Source: Octopus sinensis (lineage: Eukaryota). From it: a stretch of DNA of 64,000 bases. Of this stretch, positions 1-12,875 are shown piece after piece. The notes below the pieces were generated by a model. It was given only the letters and a program-made list of their open reading frames with translations, made no database searches and was not told the DNA's origin. The DNA lies in NCBI RefSeq assembly GCF_006345805.1, contig NC_042997.1, positions 65,906,001 through 65,970,000 on the forward strand, read 5' to 3'. Position 1 is the stretch's first letter; each line of letters opens with the position of its first letter. The translations under genes and the position numbers were made by a program.

Positions 1-94
1 ATGCAACCATGATATACTACAAAATATATTAAATGCTTTTATAAGTCAAAGCTATGTTCTACTGTATTAGCAGTGCTATTAAAGTTACCTCTAC

Positions 95-437
95 AGGTGA
101 AGGTGCATGGCTCAGTGGTTAGAGTGTCAGGCTCACAATCATAAAGTAGTGAGCTTGATTGCCGGACTGGACTGTGTGTTGTATTCTTGAGCAAGACACT
201 TTATTTCACACTGCTCCAGTTCACTTATTTGTAGAAATGAGTTGCAGCATCACTGGTGCCAAGCTGTATCAGCCTTTGCCTTTCCCTTGGATAATATTGG
301 TGGCATGAAGAGGGGAGGCTGGTATGCATGGGTGACTGCTGGTCTTCCACAAACAACCCTGCCCAGACTTGTGCCTCGAAGGGTAACTAGGTGCAATTCC
401 ACGGTCATACATGAGCGAAGAGGGTCTTTACCCTTTA
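95..437 (+). mobile_element. tRNA-derived SINE family A (other copies 10281-10623 minus, 20595-20900 plus; partials near 33665 and 55610)
   Basis: A-box tggctcagtggttagag, degenerate B-box, shared 340-bp body. Confidence 0.85.
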
Positions 438-2065
438 CAGATTTTCTATAGAAATTGTAGCCAGCACTGATTTGTACAATGTTTTGTAGCTGAATACATC
501 TAATGTAAACAATAATGTGATTGAAGATGGGAAAATATGTAATGGGTGTATATGCACATTTAGTTCTTGCTCATTCTTCAGTACCACATCCAACCCATTA
601 ACCATCTCTAGAGATAACCTAAACATGTAATCACACATTATCCTGTAGCTTCAAGATTTCAATGGTGAGTTTGTACATTTTTAGAATGACATTGTAGAGT
701 AAACTTTAAAATAAAACAGGCAGAATATTTGGGCCAAATATGGCTGGATTAAATGCCAAAGGGTTAATGATTGTGAATGTAAATTTTGCATTGGCTACAG
801 CAAGAAATAATGAAGGAGGCGTCTAGTCCTGGCATTCTTTGTCAAGAATCAATGAATGTGAGTGTAGTTATTGTATGATTTCTAAGAAGAATTAATGAAG
901 TTGAATATAGTTATCACATTGACTATGACAGGCATTAACAATGAAGAGTGTAGTTACTGTGTTAGTTCTGACAAGAATTAGTCTAATGATTTTATGATGA
1001 TTGCTATTTAAAGTCAGGTTGAATATGGTGCTCTTGAGGCCCATTCTAAAAACAAGAGACATGTTTTATGCAATTTGTTTCATCAGATACACTTTTACAA
1101 TATTAAGTGCCAAAATGCTAAAATTCCCATGTTTCGGTGACATGAATTCTTCTGTAATTTTAGCCCCTAAATTAATTATTATTTAGATAATTATGACAAT
1201 AAAAAAAATTACTGCACACAAATTTGATGTACCCTAGGCACAAAGAAGAGAAAATATGTTTGTGCACTATATGCACATAATAAAAATATTTTAAAAATTA
1301 TCATGATCATGATGGTGGTGGTGGTTACGGTCTTTATAGTAGCACAAAGTCACAACCTTGGGGAGAGGGAAGAGTTAGCTAAACAAACTCCTGTACATGA
1401 CAGATATTAATTTTATTGACAATGGAAGAATCAAAAGTTCATTTAACCCTGGCAGGTCTTGAACTCAGAATATAAATGACATAGCTAAACAACATGACAA
1501 AATAATCCTTTCTACTATAAACACAAGGCCTGAAATTTTGTGAGAGGGAAATAGTCAATTATATCAAACCCAGTGCTCAGCCAGTACTTATTTCAATGAC
1601 CCCCTAGTAGGAAGAAAGACAATGTTGACATCAGAAGAATTTGAACTCAGAATGTATAGATGGATAAAATGCTACCCAAGTACTTGGATAGCATTTTGTC
1701 CAGCATGCTAACAATTCTGCAAGTTCAACACCTTAACACATGATAATGGTTTCACATTTTGGAACAAGGCCAGTACTTTTCAGGGGAAGGGGTAAATCAA
1801 TGACATCAATCCCAGTATTCAACTGGTACTTATTTCATCAACCCCAAAAGGATGAAAGGTAAAGTCAACCTTGATAGTATTTGAACTCAGAACATCAAGA
1901 TGGACGAAATGCCATTAAGCATTTTGCCTAGCATGTTTATGATTCTGCCAGCTTAACACATGATTTATAGACCCCGAAAGGATGAAAGGCAAAGCTAACC
2001 TATGAATGCCACTAAGTGTTTTACCTGACATGCTAACAATACTGCCAGCTTAATACATAATATAA

Positions 2066-2920
2066 TTATATGGAGAGATGCAAGCAAGAGAAATAATATT
2101 CTTAAGATTATAAACCTGGAAAAATTCAGGACAAGTTATTACATTTGGTAAAGTACAGAACAAGAACATTTTTACTTAAAATATTGCAGCTAAGGATAAA
2201 ATTTCAAATAAAATATTTAGATTTAGAAAATATTAGCTTTTATTAAAACTAAAAATTTTTTTACAAGTTATTACTGCTATTTGTTATTACCTGATACTTG
2301 TATTAAAAATTAAAAGTAACTCAATTAAAAAAATCTTTGCACTTTAAAAAAATTCATTTTTTAAAATTATGAATTAATAATTAGAAATTTGAAAATAAGT
2401 TATAAAAAACATAATAGTACATAATTAGTTGGTACAATAAATACAATAATACAAAAATCAGTTATATATCACAGTAAAATCTACCTATAACAACAAATTC
2501 ACGGTAAAATTTGCTTGAGTTATCGCCTAAGCTATTGACAAGTTTTCTCATTTTTAGGCTTGACCCAATGTCTATTTTTTACATAATGCATTTGTCTACC
2601 TTATATACTATTCTACTTTGCCTAAAACTTTAGCTATATTGGTACTTCTGGCTCTCATATTTTTTAAGTATTCTAGTGTATCGATATTTTAACAAAATGA
2701 TGGTACCTTTTTTAATTATAATATTACTTTATAAATTGAAATCAAATAATTTTTTAATATTCAAATTTTATCTTCAGCTGCAATACTTTAAGTAAAAATT
2801 TTCTTGTTCTGCACTTTACCAGATTTAATAACATGCCCTGAACTTTTCCAACTTGTCCTGTACTTTTCCAGGTTTATAATCTTAAGAATATTATTTCTCT
2901 TACTCACATTTTTCCATGTA
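2066..2920. mobile_element. Fold-back/MITE with inverted arms of about 155-170 bp
   Basis: 2066-2220 is the reverse complement of about 2750-2920; the right arm has a short internal duplication. Confidence 0.75.
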
Positions 2921-3540
2921 ATCCATATTTTTTCCAGGTTATACTATTATGTTTAATTAATAATAAGTCAATTTAAGATTTTACCTTATTGAAAATTGAC
3001 TAATAAATTTGATAAAAATTGTGTTATACAGTTAATAATTTCAAACAAAGGCACAAAACAGCAGAGGAGTATAGCTGATTGAGTTGACCCTAGCACTTGA
3101 TCAGTATTTTATTTATCAAGTCTAAAAAGATGAAGGACAAAATAGATCTTGGCAGAATTTGAACTCAAAATGTAATGAATCAGAAAAAACATACCAGAAG
3201 GTGTTTTTCCTGATACTCTGATGATGACTGCCAATCCACCACAAGGCCTAGATTTCAGAGGAGATCAGAGTCAAAACCTATTGGAACACTAACAATGACA
3301 ACATTACCATTAAACTTCTGATTCAAACTCTCTTTCTCCTCCTCTACAAAAGTTCCTTATCTTATTTTATTCTGATAGCAGAAACAGCACCAGAGGAAAA
3401 TATTTTAAACAAACTGACAAAGACAAGGAAAATACATGTCAGGTTCTACCCTCCCTCGAGGAAATTCCTCACACTAAACACAACAAAGACAAAGAAAAGA
3501 ATTATTTTCTAATTCAAAAGAAAGAGAACTTAGCACTGAC

Positions 3541-3632
3541 CTGTGTCATCAATTCTGGTTTTACTTAGATTCAGTCTCTCAAGTTGGACACAACTGTTCA
3601 AGTGTTGACTCTTCAAAAACCGGCTTGAAATT
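3541..3632 (-). CDS. LRR gene exon (92 nt, phase 2-1): RISSRFLKSQHLNSCVQLERLNLSKTRIDDT
   Basis: Acceptor ctcattcacag, donor gtcagt; absent from the ORF track; next exon not found in 1-3540. Confidence 0.88.
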
Positions 3633-3923
3633 CTGTGAATGAGATTTAAAATATAATAATGTAATAACAGTGTTTTTATGAAAATGTACTTGATTCAGCA
3701 TCCATATTCAGTCAGATGACACTCCGTATTTGTTATGTAATTCTTCATATTATGGCAAGAAAAAAGACAATTCTTTTATTTCTTTCTTTATTTCTTTTTT
3801 TATATTGATTTCAGGCATTGAACTTCGGTCATTTTAGAACACAGCTTTGAAAGATTTTTAGTGTATATCAACACCAGCACTTAAACAATGATGATGATGA
3901 TGTGTATATGTGAATATATGTGA

Positions 3924-3956
<33 letters not shown>

Positions 3957-4769
3957 TAAATTTGTAAACAAATCAAAATGTTTTAAATTACAGAGAAGAG
4001 CAACACACATGGGTCCTTTTTATGTAAGCATTGATGTCATGTTCAATTCCTAGGGAAACAAGCTATTTTACATTTTTAAAATAAAAAATGATTTGATTAA
4101 CCATATATAAAAAAAGCGAGATTACTAGTAGCTCAAATTTTGCCGTAGGGAATTTATCCTGTAACACCAGTTATTAATTTCTCTTGCATTTTGTGAGTAC
4201 AATATAGGTTTTTTTATATAACTAATGCCAAATATTTTTTTTTAGAACACCAGAAATTATATCCTAAATGGCACCAATTTTATATTTCACTGTACTACTT
4301 CTAGTAAAATTATCATAGAATACATTACATCCATGTTATATATGTATCCATCTTCTTGTAATACCAGTTTTTTTTATTTTATTTACTCTAGCATTTCATA
4401 AGTGAGTACAATATAGTTTTTTGTATAACTAATATTTTAAATAAAAATATTTTTTCTTAGAACAATGGAAAATATATCTTAACCAATTTAAATGACATCA
4501 ATGTCATTCATCCAATCTTTATTTAGGTTTCCCAATCTAATTCTTTGTATATTATACCCCCCATGATAAGTTACATCCATCTTTCTACCACTTCCCTCAC
4601 GTAAACTTTTATAAAATAATATATTTAAATTTCGGAGATGTACTTGCATAGTGAGTGACTTGATCTGAGATCGTATGCTGGAAAGAAAACAATTGCAGCG
4701 TGGAAGGTGTTTATAAGCCATTTAAGAAACACACAAAACCGTTAGATTCACTTCAACATTTAAATTTAA

Positions 4770-4820
4770 TTTGTCAAAATATTTTCGTCGCTTTGAGACC
4801 ACAACCTGTTCACTGACAAA
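4770..4820 (-). ncRNA. Candidate minimal type I hammerhead ribozyme, G3:C8 core variant
   Basis: UUUGUCA | GUGAACA | G | GUUGU-GGUCUCAAA-GCGAC | GAAA | AUAU | U U | UGACAAA: 7-bp stem I, 5-bp stem II, 1-bp stem III with palindromic tetraloop. Confidence 0.6.
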
Positions 4821-4838
4821 GCTTCGTGCTCACAAAGC

Positions 4839-4889
4839 TTTGTCAGTGAACAGGTTGCGGTCTCAAAGCCACGAAAATATTTTAACAAA
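4839..4889 (+). ncRNA. Second (inverted) copy of the G3:C8 hammerhead-like motif, with one mismatch each in stems I and II
   Basis: UUUGUCA GUGAACA G GUUGC-GGUCUCAAA-GCCAC GAAA AUAU UU UAACAAA. Confidence 0.5.
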
Positions 4890-5476
4890 TTAAATTTAAA
4901 TGTTGAAGTGAATCTAACGGTTTTGTGTGTTTCTTAAATGGCTTATAAACACCTTCCATGCTGCAATTGTTTATATTCAAATTTAAATTCATATATAGTA
5001 ATTAGATATATTTTTCAAATAAATTTGATGTTTTAGTAGAATTTCAATGTTCAATATTAGCTAAATTTTAAACAATAAATTTCTAATCACATGAACTCTA
5101 CATCCTAATAAGTAGTTTGTTTACATTTGAAAATTCCTAAACATGATTCTCAAATAAATCATTTCGTAACTCAAAACAGAAAATATATCTATTTTTCCTG
5201 AAGAGATCTAACAATATATTGTTTATCACATCTATAAAAGTTACAATTATTGATGACTCAAACATATTGTTGGATTGAAACATATGTAGAATTTTGGGGG
5301 AATATTTTTGGGTTGTTTTGTTGATGTGGTTCCTTTTATACTTGTTGTTATAGGTATATCTTTTAATTTGCATTACTATTCCAATTCTGATACAAATAAA
5401 ATGAACCAAGCATCTTTTATATTTTTTCTTCTCCATTTTCGTTTATTAACTTTTTAAATATATATATATATATAAG

Positions 5477-5507
<31 letters not shown>

Positions 5508-5594
5508 TGTGTGTGTGTGTGTGTATTTGTATACATATATATATATTCTTTTATGTTTCAGCCTTGAGGCTATGACCATGCTGGGGTACCACCA

Positions 5595-5674
<80 letters not shown>

Positions 5675-5936
5675 AACACATATACATATATATGGGTAGA
5701 CACAGAGACAGATAGATTATAAGATGGTTAATTTTTTGACCCTCACATGGGTCAGATAGAATTCCATGAGGCACATTTTCCACACTCATGTTCCCTCCTT
5801 GTTGCCAACTTTCACCTGCAGTAACAAGTAATCAAATTTACTTATGGCTAGACATGTCTCCATGGAAGATTAAAAATAAAGAACATTTCTTGTGTGATGG
5901 TAATGCTTCTTTAAAACTATAGTGCAATATTAAGGA

Positions 5937-6009
<73 letters not shown>

Positions 6010-6609
6010 ATGTTTGTTTTTATATTGTTATAATAAGAACAATTTTACATTAATCTGATGGGTTACTCTATACTTTTGTAGAGTACAAATTTATCATTCT
6101 TAAACAAGAATGTTGCTCACAATGACTTTGATGTTTTGGCCATTGCTAGAGCATGATGCATTAGTTAGTCTTGCCTTTATATTGTCTTTATTGAGTTACC
6201 TTTTAGCACACTGAATTTTTTCAAAAAATATTTCCCCTGCCACTGCCCTGTTACTACAAGGGAGAAAACTCTATGGTAACCTAATGCACTTACAGAGTGC
6301 TAAAGGTTAAAATCAACTTTGGGTGTGTGCATTTGTACCTTTGATGTTTACATTGTCAAAGTAAAAGGATTAAATCCAATTATACCAAAAGCAACAAAAC
6401 TATCATCACACCTTGTGTCTAACTAACAAAAAGGAAACATCTGCCAGTTTGTATACAAATTTCTACATACCTGAAAAAATTGTAAACAATAGCATAACCC
6501 CAAATTTAATCAATCAAAATTTTTCTTAAAACACCTTTCAATTACAACTAACTATAAAAACCTTAATATAAACCACATACCTTACTATATATATATATAT
6601 ATTATAGTG

Positions 6610-7110
6610 GGGTAGGCTGGTTTATGAGGTTACCATGGGTTTCTCACTCATAAGGGGTTTAGTCTTATATTGTATCTTCAGACCCCAAACATGCTGGCTT
6701 GAGACCTCTTTAAAATATAAAGTGGTGCAAAGCCTCGATTTTAAGGATAAAATCCTAGGTGATTATCTCGTTTTGCCATTGTCTATCAATCTTCAGCCGT
6801 GCTGCCATCTTGCGGTCACCAAAGCACCACAAAGGTAAACAATTGTCTCCCTTCAGCCTTAGCTATTGGTTTCCAGCTGTGGTGCAGCCATGCGGATTCC
6901 AAAAAGCCAGCAGGAATTTTCCAAATGCAAGCATGGTCCGAAAATCTCCGTCCTGGAGTTCAGGATTCCCCCTGGCATGAGCAAGTCCTTAAGGATCCTC
7001 GAGCATTCAGCAATGCATAACTTGCACCATTTCATCCCATTGATGTAGGGGCCTGAGTTCTCAAGCATTTTCCATGCAATCGAATAGGGAATCTCTTCAT
7101 TTCATAATTA
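6610..7110 (-). mobile_element. Penelope-like element 3' fragment (C-terminus of the GIY-YIG endonuclease region plus 3' UTR)
   Basis: EIPYSIAWKMLENSGPYINGMKWCKLCIAE...LNSRTEIFGPCLH fits the PLE tail pattern YxIxWKIL...PY...CxLC...LNxRxE...CxH; ends at (TA)n. Confidence 0.75.
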
Positions 7111-8407
7111 CCAGATATGGCTGGCCAGCAATGTCACATATCTCCTTTCCAGGATTCTGAAGGAGGCCAAATGATTGGAAATATGCTATTTGAGAGAGTT
7201 CTGAGTGTACCCTATGTACTACTGTGGGCGTGTGATGTCGTTGATCCTGTTGCTGTTGTTGTTGCTGCTACTGTTGCCATCACACCTGTCACTGCTGTTG
7301 TTGCACTTGTCATCATTGTAGGTGCTGCTGTCATTGGTGTTGCTACTATTGCTGCTGATATATATGATATATAGATATATTATCTCTGTGAGTGTGTAAT
7401 GCACCCAGAATGGCGCTAGGAAGACCCTAGTTCAAATAAGGATTCAATACATGTATTAGGTAAAAGAGCTATGTTTATTACTAGCAAAAGTCCTGTTTTG
7501 AGATCTCATTTATCTTACAAGTCATGTGGTAGTATATCATATACATACACACATGGTTTATATACTCCCCATGAAATAATTCCATCAATGGATCTCCTGG
7601 ATTTCAGCAGCATAAAACTCTGCATTGTATTCTTTCATATTAGATTACTGTGTGATATGATAGCCAGGTCCATGATAGGAGCTTCCTGTGATCACCACAG
7701 AATTCTATGAATCCAAATTAAAACACACACACGCACTCATATATACATATACCCATACACAACCTGGCAGTATTACAATTTAGGATTGCTAATGAAATAT
7801 AGGAACAAGAAATTACCTGTCAGTATTTGTTAACAACATCCCCAATTAACTTAGGTTTATTCTATTCAGCAACCTTTTATTGCTAAACTAATAGTTTAGT
7901 TTATCTAATTATTTCATGAAACATAATATTACTGTCAACTCCTTTCCACAAGTAGATAACAAATTTGCTTGTTGAGAAATACTTCTGTCTATCTATACAT
8001 CCATCTCTATAACTATCCAGTCATCCCTTCAAGCTGTCTATATAGCTATCTATTTCAATCAAGGTTACTCTCTCTCTCTTAACCAGGAAATGTGAAATTA
8101 ATAGTATTAACAGGTCATAATGATAATACACATACATATATATATACAGACACACACACACACACATATATATATACACATATGAACATATATATATGCA
8201 TATGTATACATTCACACACACCCCACACACACATATGGTCCAGTCATAGCCAGCATAGAAAGTGGACATTAAATAATGATGAATGATGATGATGATAATG
8301 TATGTATGTATACATACATGCATGTAGGGTTGGAACAAAAGTTTGCACCACTTTTCAATTGGTGGCATTTAAACATGAGTTTGTGTCTCACATGACAGAA
8401 GCATAGG

Positions 8408-8477
<70 letters not shown>

Positions 8478-8489
8478 TACATATATATA

Positions 8490-8760
8490 GAGAGAGAGAA
8501 AGAATTTACAAAACAACAAAAGACGAAGACAGGTGTATAAACAACAAACAGATGTATTAATTTAATGTTCTGGAAGTGAGAAAGTCTTTTACATTTCGAG
8601 CCTACGCTCTTCGACAGAAAGGAACACAGAAATAAACAGGGAGAGACAATAGAAAAAGGTTTAGTGGCCAGCGATCTATCATGGCAAATGCTGGACAGAG
8701 GGTCACACAGGAGAGCTAGGAAGAAGGGGAGATAATAAAGTAGTGGTGATCCCAAAATGA
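8490..8760 (-). mobile_element. Penelope-like terminal repeat remnant with a degenerate hammerhead (8586-8621)
   Basis: CUUU CUGUCGA A GAGC-GUAG-GCUC GAAA UG UA AAAG; abuts a (TA)/(GA) microsatellite. Confidence 0.5.
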
Positions 8761-9976
8761 AATTCCGAAAGGTAGCATTTCAACAGATCTTTCAATATGA
8801 ATACTGTGTGGATAATATATTTCTATTGCTGTTATGTTAGAAGTGAAAATGGAAAAAAATGAACATGATGAATGAAGAACAAGTACTGGGGGGGGAGGTT
8901 GATGTAGTAATGGAATAAAGAGTGAATCCAATAATGCATGAGAGTGAAGAGCAGCAGAACAGAAATATAGATACACTAGCCAAGGGAAGGATATGTGAGA
9001 CAGGACTTGAATTCTTTAGAACAATTGACTGAAAGAATACAATGAAATTAACATTGGGAGTGGAAAATCCAACATTTTAGTCAGAGTCCTTCTTCAGGGA
9101 AAAGTTGGGAAGAAAATAAAGGAAAGACAGCAGACTTTTACGACTTTGGAAAAGTTGGAAAGATTGGCTGCAACTGATGAGGAATGCATGCAAGTGTGAA
9201 CTTCATACATAGAAAGGAGAGAAATAGGAGCGAGAGACTTTGTCAGAGAAGTATGAGAAAAGAGAAATGGAAGAGAAGTAATCGATTGTTTGGGTGAGGT
9301 GGAGGGAAAAACTGAGGTGAGGTGAGTTGAAGGATAAGAAAGGGATTACTGAACTAAGTAGGAGTAGAAGGAAAATCATTTGTTTAACTCTTTAGCATTC
9401 AGATTACATATGCCCCTTCACTGCATGTGGTGGGTGGCTTTATATCAGGATTGCATTATTCTGGATACACAGGACTCTTAGCCTTGTAAAGATGGTAATG
9501 TCTAATTGAGAAAAGTATGGCTACTTCTAGAAGTGTGAGCAACTCTACAGTGACTATGATGATGCTGTGAGCTTTCACAGGGTCTCTGAGAAACTATTGG
9601 GATGAGAGAAATAAGGCACAACTCCAAATTATCTTCAGAATAAAGGCTACTCCAGATGTTTGCAAAAGAAGGATTCCAACTAACAGTCACTAGTGTTTAG
9701 ATATTGTTAAACCTAGGAATGAATTGAATCTCCCAACTATGACTGATATTGTCAATCAGACAGGTTTCCTCACAATTTCCATCTGCCCAATTCCATTCAT
9801 ATGTCTATAAGAGAAGACACTAGTCTCAGGTGCTGTACATTACAAATGAACCCAAAGTCATGTAACTGTGAAACAAACTACTTAAACACATGGTCATACC
9901 AATACCAATTGTAATGAAGATAACTATTGGTAATTAGTAAATGTAGAAAGTAGAAAGAATAAGAACATAATATTAC

Positions 9977-10016
9977 CTGGTTGAAGCAAGGCTTAGTTCA
10001 AGCAGTCTGGGGAATG
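9977..10016 (-). CDS. LRR gene exon (40 nt, phase 1-2): SFPRLLELSLAST
   Basis: Acceptor gttttctttcag, donor gtaata. Confidence 0.88.
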
Positions 10017-11512
10017 CTGAAAGAAAACAATATTAGGTTGTATATGCACATATATACATAAACATACAAACATAAATAAATGCAGACAGCTTTCAAATAT
10101 TGTATAGTCACTCTCAGACAGCACTTGCTAAACAAGAGCAGCAAAAATATATACATTAATTTAGTGCTGAGAACAATATCCAACAATATTCAATACTTAT
10201 TCTATTGGTCTCTTTTTGCTAAACACCAGTTGTCATGCAGTTAGAGACATATATAGAGAAACACATGCATACACAAACATAAAGGGTAAAGACCCCTTCA
10301 GCCATGAATGATCATGGGATTGCACCTAGAAAGTTACCCTCCGAGACACAAGCCCGAGCAAGGTTGTTTATAGAAGACCAGCAGTTGCCCATGCATACCA
10401 GCATCCCTTCTCCCTGCCACTGATGTTATCCAAGGGAAAGGCAAGGGCTGATACAGCTTGGGACCAGTGATGTTACAACTTGTTTCTACAGCTGAGTGAA
10501 CTGGAGCAATGTGAAATAAATTGTCTTGCTCAAGAACACAACACACAACCCAATTCAGGAATCAAATTCACTATCTCATGATTGCGAGCCCGATGTTCTA
10601 ACCACTGAGCCACGTGCCTTCACACATATGTACATGTATATGTACCTGATAGGTGTGAGAGGGTAGAGCTGGCCAGTTTGAACATAAAACAGGTAGAATG
10701 TTTTAGCCTGATATGGCTAGTTTAAAAGGTATTCAGAATCACAACCTTATTAAACTCTTTAAAATGAAAGCCTACACAAAAATAATGCTGACCTAGATAC
10801 TGTTGTTTCCATGACTACCACCAATATTATCTTCTTCATAAAAGCGGCAAGCTGGCAAAATCATTAGCATGCCAGGCAAAATGCTTAGTGACATTTTATC
10901 TGTCTTCACGTTTTAAGTTCAAATTCCACCAAGGTCAACTTTGCCTTTCATCTTTTCAGGATTAGTAAAATATGTACCAATTTGAGTTCTGAGTTTGATG
11001 TAATCATCTCACCCCTATCCTGGATACTGATGGTCTTGTGCCAAAATTTGAAATCAATATTATTTTCATCATAATTTTCACTTATAATCTTTTCTACTAT
11101 AGGCAAAAGACCTGAAATTTTAGTGGAGAGGGAGCTAGTCAGTTACATCAACTGGTACTTATTTCATTGGTCTCAAAAGGATATAAAGCAAAGTCAATCT
11201 CAGCAGAATTTGAACTCAGATCATAAAAAAAGGACAAGACCATCAGTTTCAGTGGAGAGGGTAAGTCAATTACATCAACCCAAGTGTTCAACTGCTACTT
11301 ATTTTATCATCCCAGAAAACATGAAAGCAAAGCTGACCCCGGTGGCATCTGAACTCAGAACAAAAAAGACAGAAGAAATGTCACTATGTATTTTGCTGAT
11401 GGGATAATGCTTCAGCTGACTCGCTACTTTTTCAGACATTAATAATAAACAATGGTTTGATAGGGATGCTTTAAAAATACTGACTATAGATAAGTCATAA
11501 GGATATACTTAC

Positions 11513-11584
11513 ATTCAAACACAGCTGCAGATGCATTGGTTATTTTGGTTCTGTCCAAGTAGAGAACTTCCAAATTGCAGAGAT
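11513..11584 (-). CDS. LRR gene exon (72 nt, phase 1-1): DLCNLEVLYLDRTKITNASAAVFE
   Basis: Acceptor catttctttacag, donor gtaagt. Confidence 0.92.
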
Positions 11585-12447
11585 CTGTAAAGAAATGGAA
11601 CAAACAAAAATAGAATCCATTTAATTTACAGAAAAATATTTCCATAGAGTTAAAAGGCAAAATCAAGAATGAATACAAAAACCATTACAGAATTAGATCT
11701 GATTTATGGTTCAAAATATATTCTAACAAGAAAACTATTCAGACAGAAAAATCAAAACAAACAATAAATAAATAAATCAAAATAAAAACACAACTCCATA
11801 TATCCTGATCAACATATTGACTTTGGACAACATGGTCTAAGAACAATGTTACAATCCACCCACGTAATGATTATCACATCACATCCCACACATGTCCAGA
11901 TCTCCACTTTACATCTTGCACAACATACCAGTACCGTCACACTATACTATAACACACTTCACACAGTATGGCCTGATTTTCACATTCCACTTTGCACAAT
12001 ATGTGCAAGACTTCCAACATTCTCTTCCACATGTCATGACTTCAATGCCATGACTTCCACACATCACTCCACACAACAGGACAAGATTTACACATTTCTC
12101 ACCACACATCATGACATCAAAGCTCTGACTTCCTACACTACATCACTACACACACTACTCCACACCATATTATGACATCGATGCTACAACTTCCACGCAT
12201 GACAAGACTCCCACACATCACTCCACCCAACATCATGACCAGACTTCCACATTCTTCTCCACACCATATCATGACTTGAGGCTATACTCTACACAACACA
12301 ATCCAACTGTCAAACTATAATCAATAAGAAAGATGTTATGTATGTTATGAGAGAAAATGTGTTTCTTCATCAAAATTAATTATGGCCATAAGGTTTCCCT
12401 GGCTACTACTGTGACCTATACCACCACCTCTTCAATAACAACAACAG

Positions 12448-12615
12448 CGCAGGAGTGGCTATGTGGTAAGTAGCTTGCTTACCAACCACATGGTTCCAGG
12501 TTCGTTCCCACTGCTTGACATCCTGGGCAAGTGTCTTCTACTATAGCCTCGGGCCAACCAAAGCCTTGTGAGTGGATTTGGTAGACGGAAACTCGAAGAA
12601 GCCCATCGTATATAT

Positions 12616-12651
<36 letters not shown>

Positions 12652-12875
12652 ATATGTTTGTGTGTCTGTCTTTGTCCCCCCAACATCGCTTGACAACTGA
12701 TGCTGGTGTATTAATGTCCATGTAACATAGTGATTCGGCAAAAGAGACCTATAGAATAAGTACTAGGCTTCCAAAGAATAAGTCCTGGGGTTGATTTGCT
12801 TGACTAAAAACGGTGCTCCAGCATGGCCGTGGTCAAATGACTGAAACAAGTAAAAGAGTAAAAGAGTAAGAGCAA
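12448..12875 (+). mobile_element. tRNA-derived SINE family B with internal (TA)/(TG) microsatellite (copies 14362-15175, 30580-30800, 31560-31880, 32905-33350, 38375-38730, 39145-39510, 49665-49865, 53175-53565, 57158-57570 and fragments)
   Basis: Head gtggctgtgtggtaag...ggttcagtcccac; tail ggtgctccagcatggcc..tgactgaaacaagtaaaaga. Confidence 0.88.

Larger units (their letters stand above)
4687..4972. repeat. 286-bp near-perfect palindrome (142-bp arms, 2-nt centre), probable Penelope-like inverted terminal repeat
   Basis: Colinear arms with about five mismatches and no indels; each arm carries the hammerhead-like motif. Confidence 0.9.

Noticed and set aside
95-180. tRNA genes at SINE heads
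   Set aside because: Only degenerate A/B boxes, no cloverleaf, each continuing into a repeat body
1-3540. Next (3') exon of the LRR gene
   Set aside because: Acceptors tried near 1065 and 1165 give early stops or non-LRR peptides; the exon probably lies left of the window
5137-5436. 99-aa ORF next to the palindrome as a possible Penelope ORF
   Set aside because: Only vague resemblance; no motif I can name with confidence
7117-7374. Hydrophobic ORF resembling a membrane peptide
   Set aside because: Arises from degenerate (GTT/GCT)n repeats; no splice or homology support
9502-9690. 62-aa ORF as an exon of the LRR gene
   Set aside because: Not needed for phase continuity and not LRR-like; probably a decayed LINE fragment
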